Virus record (IMG/VR): IMGVR_UViG_3300049846_002543
Span: 1 to 61,749 of that record
Direction: 5' to 3' (one strand)
Length of the DNA stretch: 61,749 nt
DNA from: a virus
Taxonomy: Duplodnaviria; Caudoviricetes
Shown here: piece after piece, positions 19,923-27,757 of the stretch
How positions within the stretch are numbered: the first letter of the stretch is position 1
Layout: each line of letters begins with the position of its first letter
Notes under the pieces: model-generated
Seen by the model: only the letters and a program-made list of their open reading frames with translations
The model's database searches: none
What the model was told of the DNA's origin: nothing
Made by a program: the position numbers and the translations under genes

Positions 19923-20306
19923 CTACCGGATCTCTGCTCGCTTAGCCTTACGATATCGAGCACTAACACGTTTAACGACATTTACGGATACATCTAAAAG
20001 AGTCGCAATTTTAGTGCAACTTAATCCTTGCTCAAGTTGATATTCTATTTCTTTTGTTCTCCAGGTATTACGTTCCAACATGTCAGCTCGCTTTTTAACG
20101 GCCAGCAGCTCGGGGTCCTTTGCCTCCTTTAAAAGTATCTGGTGTACTCGCTGTTTTGAGATTCCGAACTGGTCCGCGATTTGCTGTAGCGAAAAACCCT
20201 CCTGGATATACAGAGTGTAAATACGTTCAAAACGCTCTTGTCGAGCTTCCTTACTGGCGTATTGACCCCAGTACGTTTGGACGTCTTCTTTAGATTTGAT
20301 TTGCAT
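19923..20306 (-). CDS. HTH DNA-binding protein (sigma-70 region 4-like)
   Basis: GFSLQQIADQFGISKQRVHQIL plus a second HTH, GLSCTKIATLLDVS. Confidence 0.75.
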   Translation of the reverse strand: MQIKSKEDVQTYWGQYASKEARQERFERIYTLYIQEGFSLQQIADQFGISKQRVHQILLKEAKDPELLAVKKRADMLERNTWRTKEIEYQLEQGLSCTKIATLLDVSVNVVKRVSARYRKAKRAEIR

Positions 20307-20327
20307 GAGGGACTAGGAGCCCGCCGA

Positions 20328-20356
20328 AGGCTAGACCCTTCAGAGCAAACTGTCAA
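20328..20356 (-). promoter_or_regulatory. sigma70-type promoter for 19923..20306
   Basis: Minus strand TTGACA-N17-TAGCCT. Confidence 0.6.
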
Positions 20357-20359
20357 CCC

Positions 20360-20533
20360 TTAGACAGTTCCGGAGTGCGCTTTCCGTAACGTCCGTTGCT
20401 CATGGCGAAAACCTTCCTCAGCCAGCATCCAGGCAGGCACTCCGATCTCAGAGCTTTTAGCCCGACATAACTGCCAAAATTCGGTATCAGGTGATTCCAA
20501 GATCTTATTCCGGGCAGAAAGCGTACAATCCAT
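20360..20533 (-). CDS. small hypothetical protein (57 aa, MDCTLSARNKILESPDTEFW...)
   Basis: Translated by hand; lies downstream of a second TTGACA promoter. Confidence 0.5.
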   Translation of the reverse strand: MDCTLSARNKILESPDTEFWQLCRAKSSEIGVPAWMLAEEGFRHEQRTLRKAHSGTV

Positions 20534-20554
20534 GGTCGGAATTAAGTTGCACCA

Positions 20555-20585
20555 AGTATAAGACCCTTTAGACAGTAGTTGTCAA
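20555..20585 (-). promoter_or_regulatory. second sigma70-type promoter
   Basis: Minus strand TTGACA-N19-TATACT; shares AAGGG(G)TTGACA and AAGGGTCT with the first promoter. Confidence 0.45.
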
Positions 20586-21030
20586 CCCCTTAAACTGCCG
20601 TATTACCACAGCGCTTCTGCAAAAACAACTTGGAATAAAACCCTTCTGGGCTCTGTCCGCTTAACGTAAATTGCACTCACACTGAGTTAGTTACGTATTT
20701 AAATAAGTAAGTGGTACTTTATAACAATTAGGGCGCCCCTTAAAGTGCGTATTAATGCGTTCCCTTAAAAGCACACCTTAAATGCGCTTAGTTAAAGGCG
20801 TCAGCACCTAGCAAAACCCGTTAAGTCAGTCTTTAATAGAAAATCCTTTTTAAAGAGCCTTTTGAACAGACCCACTAAACCAGAGCACTCTGTGCGCTCA
20901 AACCCGGCTAAACGCCTGTCTCATCTGTCTCACCTAAGAATACATGCGGTCCCGATCGGGAAGAAAATCTGCTGGAAACAGACCAATACGTGCTGTGCGC
21001 TACACTGAGCATGTTGAGGCACCATGATTC

Positions 21031-21714
21031 ATGTGTAACTCGGTACTACTACTTATGTTCGGCCTGCTGGACGCCGAACCCCTACCGCTGCCTGAAGACC
21101 CGCCTGAGCACACCGAACAGCTCGACTACCTGCGCATAGACCGCCACGGCTCCTGTGTCGTCGCGACCTGCCAATGCCGCCGGACGCCTCCGGTAGCCCT
21201 CCTAGCTAAGGACTTCGAGCGCCGGTGCCGACTGGCCAGTTCGTTTGCCTGCCCGATTTGCACGGCTGAGCTCAAGAGCGCCGCAACCAGCTCAGCGTCC
21301 GATCGGTTTCAAGCCTGGATGCTCCAACATAAATACGTCATAGATCCTGCAGAACACCTGTACGCGTCCGTACTGCCGAAACGCCTTGTCGATTCCACCG
21401 ACGGCACCTTGATGCGTCCACGCCGCTTTATCTACGCCAGATTTTTCGGTGTAGACCTCGAAACGAAGGACAAAGTCCTTATGAAATGTGGCGATGCGAA
21501 CTGTTTGAACCCTCACCACATGCACCTTGCGACCAGTCCTGCTAAAAAGGTAAGCTCCGACATGCACCTAGACGTTCTGCGATGGGCCAAGCGCAAAATG
21601 ACGAACAGAGCAATTCAGGAGCTTATCGAGATGACTCACGGCCAAAATATTTCAGTGAGGACTATCTCCGCACTAAGAAACAAACCGCTTCAATCAGAGT
21701 GCATCGCGATCTAA
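21031..21714 (+). CDS. Zn-binding protein with degenerate HNH-like domain
   Basis: CQC and CPIC; RRFIY...VLMKCGDANCLNPHHM resembles the HNH zinc-binding loop. Confidence 0.55.
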   Translation: MCNSVLLLMFGLLDAEPLPLPEDPPEHTEQLDYLRIDRHGSCVVATCQCRRTPPVALLAKDFERRCRLASSFACPICTAELKSAATSSASDRFQAWMLQHKYVIDPAEHLYASVLPKRLVDSTDGTLMRPRRFIYARFFGVDLETKDKVLMKCGDANCLNPHHMHLATSPAKKVSSDMHLDVLRWAKRKMTNRAIQELIEMTHGQNISVRTISALRNKPLQSECIAI

Positions 21715-21914
21715 TTGAGGTGTTAAAATCCGATCAGCCGTTATCTGCTACAGAAATAGCCGAAGCTTTAGGGATGTCCAAAGTGGCAGCTCTTAGCCAG
21801 CTCAAGCGACTGATTAATTTAAAATTAGTTTGTCAAATCAAGTTTGAGCATCACGTTTATTACTGTACAAACGGCATTTTTACTGATCTCATAGATACCT
21901 CACTCTTAGAATGA
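21699..21914 (+). CDS. winged-helix transcriptional regulator
   Basis: PLSATEIAEALGMSKVAALSQLKRL; likely GTG start at 21699. Confidence 0.7.
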   Translation: MHRDLIEVLKSDQPLSATEIAEALGMSKVAALSQLKRLINLKLVCQIKFEHHVYYCTNGIFTDLIDTSLLE

Positions 21915-22327
21915 GTTTTTCTGAAACCCCGCAAAAGCCTTTTCTTTGGCGTTCCGAGCATATTGTTGAAAATCTGCCAAGTTGGATTTACACCGACAAC
22001 GAAGAGCCTCGGACCGAGCCAGAGTGCAAGGCCAAAATCAGCTCTTTAGAGTACACAATTAAGGATATCGAGCTTCAGATCGAGATCCGAGAGCTTGAAC
22101 TCAAGACGGGTAGCTCCCGCCACGGCAGCGCTTTCGATCACGACAAATGGAAAACCCAGGCGTTGCGGGCAAAACAGACACATATGTATCTTTTAAACGC
22201 GTACACATATTGGTTGCTAATTAATAAGCGTCAAGAAACTCTGAATATGTCGAAACTCGATGCGGTTATCAAACTCTTAATCGAAGAGCCTAAAGACTTT
22301 ATAGCTCAATTAGAAAAGCTTCTGTAA
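21911..22327 (+). CDS. hypothetical coiled-coil protein
   Basis: 138-aa ORF, ATGA-coupled. Confidence 0.7.
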   Translation: MSFSETPQKPFLWRSEHIVENLPSWIYTDNEEPRTEPECKAKISSLEYTIKDIELQIEIRELELKTGSSRHGSAFDHDKWKTQALRAKQTHMYLLNAYTYWLLINKRQETLNMSKLDAVIKLLIEEPKDFIAQLEKLL

Positions 22328-22336
22328 AATAAAACC

Positions 22337-22459
22337 AGCAGTAACGACAAGAAGGGTTCGTTTCTGCTACCGTCGGGGGTAGCGCTCGTTTTCACCCTTT
22401 CCGAGCGCTGGAAAGTGAAGGTCTTTGCCGGGCGCCCGGTGAAGACCCAGCCCCCTTCT
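22337..22459 (+). ncRNA. candidate structured leader RNA (multi-stem, kissing loop)
   Basis: Four stems and a 7-bp loop-loop complementarity, between a TAAAAT -10 box and ATG 22464. Confidence 0.55.
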
Positions 22460-22463
22460 ACCT

Positions 22464-22796
22464 ATGTCACAAAATCAAATCGTCATCTCAGATCTCAACA
22501 AAATCCTACGCAGCATCGACACTTCCCTTCAAGTAATCGCGAACTCTAAATCTGGGTCATTAACCACGGCGTTTATTAACAAGCGTGCTCTTGCTGAACG
22601 TCTTGGTGTGCCTTCGGTAAAAATCGACAAATTGATTTACCAAGGAATTATCTCTGGTGGGAAATCCGGACTGGTCGAAGGAAGACATTTCTGTAAGCTA
22701 GATCCGGAGGAAAACAACACAAGCAACTATCTTTACGATAGCGCTAGAGTGCTAGCGGATGCTTGGAACAATTTCACGGGGTATACCGATGCCTGA
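22464..22796 (+). CDS. putative DNA-binding protein (excisionase/HTH-like)
   Basis: KRALAERLGVPSVKI...EGRHF pattern. Confidence 0.55.
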   Translation: MSQNQIVISDLNKILRSIDTSLQVIANSKSGSLTTAFINKRALAERLGVPSVKIDKLIYQGIISGGKSGLVEGRHFCKLDPEENNTSNYLYDSARVLADAWNNFTGYTDA

Positions 22797-23199
22797 CCTC
22801 AGTCAAGTCGCACAGCGTCTCAAGTTCAACCTGTTTTCAGGCTCGGAGACCAAAAAACGTATGGCGGCTAATGTCGCCCGCATGATCATTGGAGATATCA
22901 TCACCCTCCACGACGAATTCAAGACTTATAAGGGGGAGGGTGCTTTATTTTTCAATACCAGCAACGCTGAAGCATCTCAGTTCCTGACGGTCAAGGACAT
23001 CCAAACCGACATGGCTCTGGCCGAGGAGATGATGAACAAAGACCTAGCAACATTCTTTAAAAAACTGATTAAAGTTATCGAAAAAGAAAAGGACGATCCT
23101 ATCGTCGTGATGCTCGACATAAACGGAATGAGCATTCACGTCTTGGATAAAAACAAGATCGATCAGGTTCTGGAAGAACAAGTCGCAAGTGCCAATTAA
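22789..23199 (+). CDS. hypothetical protein
   Basis: ATG 22789, overlapping the upstream stop. Confidence 0.7.
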   Translation: MPDLSQVAQRLKFNLFSGSETKKRMAANVARMIIGDIITLHDEFKTYKGEGALFFNTSNAEASQFLTVKDIQTDMALAEEMMNKDLATFFKKLIKVIEKEKDDPIVVMLDINGMSIHVLDKNKIDQVLEEQVASAN

Positions 23200-23767
23200 C
23201 GCCGTAGATTTTGTCTCGCCGGTAGACGTAGTAGCCGCCGTAACCACTTTCTTTGACGGAGAGATCGATTTAGATCCCGCTAGTAGTCATAACGCGAATA
23301 CACTTATACGAGCCAACAGATATTTTTGTCCTGAAAATCAAGGACTTAAACAGATTTGGAAAGCTAAGTCCGTCTATCTGTATCCGCCACGGGATCTTTT
23401 GACTGGGGCGGAACAACCGCCGGATAGAAATCTGTGGACAAAGAAAAAAAGATTCGTTAAGTCTGCCCAGAGAGTCTGGATGGAGGAAATGCTGCGTAAA
23501 TATACGCTAGGTGAGTTCGAAGAAGGTTTACTGTTCCTAACTTCAACGGACGTCGCGTTAATAGCTGCTCAGAAAATAGGACTAGATTTGCCTATCTGTA
23601 TACTAAAAGAACACCCAAAACTTAGAAACGACGACAAAGAATTTAGTAAAGTCAATACAAATAAGATATACGGATTTATTTACTACTTTCCATCTCCTTA
23701 TAAAGCAGATAGAAAGATCCTTGAATTCAGTGCACTATTTAGTACTCTCGGGCGTGTGTATATCTGA
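23189..23767 (+). CDS. phage Dam-family N6-adenine methyltransferase-like protein, degenerate catalytic motif
   Basis: IDLDPASS motif and GLKQIW...VYLYPPR where NPPY is expected. Confidence 0.7.
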   Translation: MPINAVDFVSPVDVVAAVTTFFDGEIDLDPASSHNANTLIRANRYFCPENQGLKQIWKAKSVYLYPPRDLLTGAEQPPDRNLWTKKKRFVKSAQRVWMEEMLRKYTLGEFEEGLLFLTSTDVALIAAQKIGLDLPICILKEHPKLRNDDKEFSKVNTNKIYGFIYYFPSPYKADRKILEFSALFSTLGRVYI

Positions 23768-24032
23768 TTGTTTCGCGAGTGTCGTAAGAATTATCGGGAC
23801 CGAATTTATCGTTCTCCCCAAAACCTAAGCCAACGGGAACACCTCGCATTTTCTTGCGTAAATATTCACGCGACAATCGCTGACCTCGTTCCTGAGGACT
23901 CTCGTTCCAAACCGTTCCCGCCATGCGAATATCTCCACGCTGGCGGTAACGGTAATCGTGTTTGGCGAAAGGAGCTTCCGTGTGGAAAGCTACCTTCCGC
24001 TCGTGTTTCCCTACAGGGATTTGATCAGACAT
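23739..24032 (-). CDS. hypothetical basic protein with IRMAG motif
   Basis: 97-aa ORF. Confidence 0.65.
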   Translation of the reverse strand: MSDQIPVGKHERKVAFHTEAPFAKHDYRYRQRGDIRMAGTVWNESPQERGQRLSREYLRKKMRGVPVGLGFGENDKFGPDNSYDTRETIRYTHAREY

Positions 24033-24522
24033 TCCAGGAGGTCAGACGCTTTACCTGATCCTGATTGATATTTCCCTGAGCAACTTCCATCGCCCGTGGG
24101 TCGTACTGCAGATTAAATGCCGGGTCCTTAGCGATGGCCGCGAAACGAGGCTGAATTTCATCTAGACCGCGTTTGATGTATTGGTCGTAAAGATTGGCGC
24201 TCTTAACTAAGGTATCTTCGAAGCGTTGGTGAGAGGGGCTACCCAAAACGGGGTAATCTCCTTGATTGAGTTGCGTCTGCCACCGCTCTTGTTCCCCGGT
24301 CATAAACGGACCGAATTGATTTTGAATACGGCTGTAGTAAGAAGAGGGATCGTTGCCCTCTCCCAAGAACCCAAGCATTTCACCTTGAGTATCTCCGGCC
24401 AAACCTCGATATTTACCTGCGCGTTGTTGCAGATTCTTTGCCAGCTGCTTACCTTCTTTGACAGCTTGCTCAACCGAAGACTGAGCCGCTTCTAAAGCTT
24501 TCTGTTGCGGATTAGCGCCCAT
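24025..24522 (-). CDS. hypothetical protein (possible internal virion protein)
   Basis: 165-aa Gln/Ala-rich ORF downstream of the muramidase. Confidence 0.65.
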   Translation of the reverse strand: MGANPQQKALEAAQSSVEQAVKEGKQLAKNLQQRAGKYRGLAGDTQGEMLGFLGEGNDPSSYYSRIQNQFGPFMTGEQERWQTQLNQGDYPVLGSPSHQRFEDTLVKSANLYDQYIKRGLDEIQPRFAAIAKDPAFNLQYDPRAMEVAQGNINQDQVKRLTSWNV

Positions 24523-24582
24523 AATCTTAAAAACCCTTACTCAAGTATACCGAATCAACCAGCGACGGTTAGCACTTACCTG

Positions 24583-25905
24583 TTATCGTCCTGCTCCGCC
24601 CTGAAAAGTAGACACGATATGCCGGCGTAATTGATCAAAATTACTGTATGGTGTCATATCTCGGCTGCCTGCACCTCGTGGAGCGAGAAAATCAATACTG
24701 GCAATCGTGCCGTCGGCCGAACGGACATTTCCTGTCCCTCCTTGTTGCCCGATAATTTGACCCGGCGCAACCTGTTGACCCGGTCGAACCAAAACGCTCT
24801 TATCAGCCAAGTGACCGTAAAGAACATCGACCTTCTTATTAGTTAGCGGGTCGAGAGATTCGACAACAACGTAGTTGCCGTAACCACCTTCGCGACTGAC
24901 ATCTTTAACCACGCCGCCTAAGACAGCGGGGAAGCGCTTGCTAGGGAAGTACAGATCAACTCCAGGCTGTCCGCTGGGTTGTTCGTACACGACAGAGGCA
25001 GGTCTCTCGAAGGAAGACTGAGCTGACGCAGGAGCTCCAGGGGCTACAAAAGAAGACAACTGCGAGTTTATTAATTCTTCTTGATTGGCCTGACTTTTAT
25101 CATATGCTTTTTGCGTCATCTTAGCACCTAGAATATCCATAACTAATTTCGAAGGATCGTTTCCTCCTGGAGAGCCTCCCAAGAACAGTGCTTCATTTGC
25201 TTTGTATTTGTATTGCTCTGCGAGCGCTAAACCCTCCTCTCCGTATTTTTCGGGATCTGCTTTGATCGCTTCAGCGGCTTGTAAATAAACTTGTGCTTTC
25301 TGAGTGTCGCCCGCTGCGGGCTGGGCAGCTCCGGACAAAGCGTACTGAGTGACGATATTCTTTAGCGCGCCTTGAAAATCATACCTAGGCAGACTGATCG
25401 GAGTAACACCAGCGGCCTGGCTGTCTTGTTGAACTTGATAAGGTACCCCGCCACCGGGTTTCTGAAGAAAACCCTGGAGTTCGCTCAGGGATTTAACAGG
25501 CTGACCGTAATAGCTTCGCCCCTGCAGCGTGGGGAGACTCGCCCATTCCGGAGCGAGTTTTGCAATAGTCTGCGGCGTGATCGGATCTTTCGTAGGATCG
25601 ACCCCACGCCGCTTCATTAGATAAATAGCTGCGAGGTCTTGTTCTTGCGGACCAAATCCCTGTAGACCTAAAGCTTTTTGCGCTCCGGCATAAGTACCGG
25701 GCATAAATTGATAACGTCCGGCAGCAGCACTGCCTCTAGGAAAACCTTTGGTTCTTACAACAACATCCGGATGCTTAGAAAAATCTTGAAAACGACCGCC
25801 GCCAAACATGACGTCGTAACCGCCGCCTCGACGAGAGCTGTCGGTACCTTCGGCGTACGCGATCAGATCAAGCCACTGCCGTGTCAGCGGGTTATCTAAC
25901 GCCAT
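24583..25905 (-). CDS. lambda-type muramidase (GH104) plus M23-like domain; probable virion-associated peptidoglycan hydrolase
   Basis: IAYAEGT, AAGRYQF, EWASLP; C-terminal GYGNYVVV, YGHL, GQIIG..GGTG M23 fold motifs. Confidence 0.85.
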   Translation of the reverse strand: MALDNPLTRQWLDLIAYAEGTDSSRRGGGYDVMFGGGRFQDFSKHPDVVVRTKGFPRGSAAAGRYQFMPGTYAGAQKALGLQGFGPQEQDLAAIYLMKRRGVDPTKDPITPQTIAKLAPEWASLPTLQGRSYYGQPVKSLSELQGFLQKPGGGVPYQVQQDSQAAGVTPISLPRYDFQGALKNIVTQYALSGAAQPAAGDTQKAQVYLQAAEAIKADPEKYGEEGLALAEQYKYKANEALFLGGSPGGNDPSKLVMDILGAKMTQKAYDKSQANQEELINSQLSSFVAPGAPASAQSSFERPASVVYEQPSGQPGVDLYFPSKRFPAVLGGVVKDVSREGGYGNYVVVESLDPLTNKKVDVLYGHLADKSVLVRPGQQVAPGQIIGQQGGTGNVRSADGTIASIDFLAPRGAGSRDMTPYSNFDQLRRHIVSTFQGGAGR

Positions 25906-25923
25906 CTGTCTGCTATTTATTCA

Positions 25924-26154
25924 TCATTCTACCGAATCTTCTGAATCGTCGAACATCTGCACATTAGTTTCTACAGCGACCCCTATCTGCTGCATAACGG
26001 TTTTATACGCCCTCTCTTTACACATTAACTTTAAGATCATCACCCAGAAAAACTGGTCTCGGTCACTTCTATTATTTAAAGATTTAGCTTTGGCTCGGAT
26101 GCGGGTCAGTACGAACTCGTCTTCCAGCGTCAAACCGCAATGAAGATTTCGCAT
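25924..26154 (-). CDS. nblA: NblA-like phycobilisome degradation protein
   Basis: LTLEDEF...KLMCKERAYKTVM matches the NblA pattern LSLEQxF...QMxxRExAYK; about 76 aa. Confidence 0.65.
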   Translation of the reverse strand: MRNLHCGLTLEDEFVLTRIRAKAKSLNNRSDRDQFFWVMILKLMCKERAYKTVMQQIGVAVETNVQMFDDSEDSVE

Positions 26155-26349
26155 CCCGTCACTAAAGTCGGCGGTGGCCACGGGCAGAACCCACTCTCTG
26201 TTTATCCTACACCGAATCATTAACGTACGTCTCAGAAGACTAAGTGCTTTCTGTAAACAATATAAAGTCCGGGCTAGGACCCACCTGAGACCTTTACAAG
26301 CCCTAGAAAGCTCGTTATCATTACTGAGCCATCCTCATTCACACGGCAG

Positions 26350-26619
26350 ATGTTTGAAGGTAAGACTCTCCTGACGATTGCTGAGACTGCAGAGTTCCTC
26401 AACTGTTCCAGCGGCTTTGTGCGCAAGCGCATCGCACTGACCGAATCCAATAACCCCGGCGGCTGGCCTAAAGATATCTACGTGAACCTCCAGCCCTCTG
26501 GCGCTAAATCTCTGTATCGCATCAACAAAGATGCTCTTCAGAACTATCTGAACGGTGCGGATTCGTCGGCTAAAGTAGAGGACGACGCAGCAGAGCCCGC
26601 CGTAGCGGCAGCTTTTTGA
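26350..26619 (+). CDS. excisionase-like helix-turn-helix protein
   Basis: LLTIAETAEFLNCSSGFVRKRI...YRINKDAL. Confidence 0.75.
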   Translation: MFEGKTLLTIAETAEFLNCSSGFVRKRIALTESNNPGGWPKDIYVNLQPSGAKSLYRINKDALQNYLNGADSSAKVEDDAAEPAVAAAF

Positions 26620-27155
26620 ACATGACGTACACCGAGACTTTTGCTTCTACTCCGGCGTCGGCTTTAATGCCCACGCAAATTGAGGAGCGAATTATCTCGG
26701 TGGAACCAGAGCCCCAGCTTCAGGATCTTCTCTTGAATCTGGTGGCTCTGTCGTCTTACGCACATCAACTGTACGCACAATCTCACTTAATTCATCTAAA
26801 CGTCGAAGGTCCTCTGTTCCTGCCTATCCACGAATTCTTAAAAGGTCAGTACGAACTACATGTCGGCCAGTTTGACAAGCTGGCCGAGTTCGTACGCACC
26901 ATGGATACTCTGATGCCTATGTGTCAGAAAGGTCTACTTAACGCTTATAAAGGTTTTAAACACTGCAAATCTTATGAAACTCGCGATATGTTAGTGACTT
27001 ATCTGAAAAACTTGGAAGATTTTGGAATGCAAGCTAAAGATCTCGGCGAACTGGCTCGTACAGTCAAAGCTCCTGATGTAGAAAACTACGCAGCTCAGCT
27101 AGTCGACGAGTCTTTTAAAGCAGCGTGGTTTCTTAAGAGCACACTTCGGGGTTAA
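26616..27155 (+). CDS. dps: Dps / DNA-binding ferritin-like protein
   Basis: HLNVEGPLFLPIHEFL...DKLAE ferroxidase signature (H, H, D, E); C-terminal KAAWFL. Confidence 0.85.
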   Translation: MNMTYTETFASTPASALMPTQIEERIISVEPEPQLQDLLLNLVALSSYAHQLYAQSHLIHLNVEGPLFLPIHEFLKGQYELHVGQFDKLAEFVRTMDTLMPMCQKGLLNAYKGFKHCKSYETRDMLVTYLKNLEDFGMQAKDLGELARTVKAPDVENYAAQLVDESFKAAWFLKSTLRG

Positions 27156-27757
27156 ATCTGAACCCACTGGCCGCCGACATAAATATATAAACCTGAAGGT
27201 GCTGCCGCTTGGTACATGACGGTGCCTTCAGGTGAACTTACAGGCAATCCAGTAGTAATCGGCACACCGGAGGCTTCAATACAACCAGAAGAAAGAACAG
27301 CAAAGTAGGATCCTGATGCGGCAATAGCTCCGGACGCAATTATTGAACCAGAAGCTGCAATACACCCAGAAGCTGCAATACACCCAGAAGCTAAAATACA
27401 ACCTGACGCCATGATGGCGCCCGAGGCTGAAATAGCAAAATCAGCGTAGGCTGAGCCGATAGTTTGCCACGTGGATCCAGTCCAGACCTTCATGTAGTAC
27501 GCAGAAGTACTACTATCTACCCATGTCTCCCCGGTGGAATTGCCTGCTACACCTGCCGGAGAAGCATTAGGTGCTGTAGTGGAGTAATGGTTGGGTCCTA
27601 TCTTCCGAATATTCCCACCTGAATCCTGAAAATAAAGACCGGGGTCGCTACTTCCGAAAGATAGAGCAAGACGACCGACCTGAGCCGCCGTTGTATTTGG
27701 TCGGTCGGACGACTGAGGAGACCGATTACTTAAAAGAATGTAAGGCGTAGAAGTCAT
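27152..27757 (-). CDS. fibre/tail-associated protein with ASG hexapeptide repeats
   Basis: N-terminal GxLAL...PGLYF motif, GETWVD...KVWTG, and (ASGxIx)n. Confidence 0.7.
   Translation of the reverse strand: MTSTPYILLSNRSPQSSDRPNTTAAQVGRLALSFGSSDPGLYFQDSGGNIRKIGPNHYSTTAPNASPAGVAGNSTGETWVDSSTSAYYMKVWTGSTWQTIGSAYADFAISASGAIMASGCILASGCIAASGCIAASGSIIASGAIAASGSYFAVLSSGCIEASGVPITTGLPVSSPEGTVMYQAAAPSGLYIYVGGQWVQI
27266..27427 (-). repeat. 18-nt / 6-aa tandem repeat (ASGxIx)
   Basis: Seven consecutive ASG units with period 6, plus SSG and ASG downstream. Confidence 0.85.

Noticed and set aside
26350-26619. Evidence of lysogeny from the excisionase-like and XRE genes or a tRNA att site
   Set aside because: No integrase, host flanking genes or duplicated tRNA 3' end in the window; lifestyle cannot be called.
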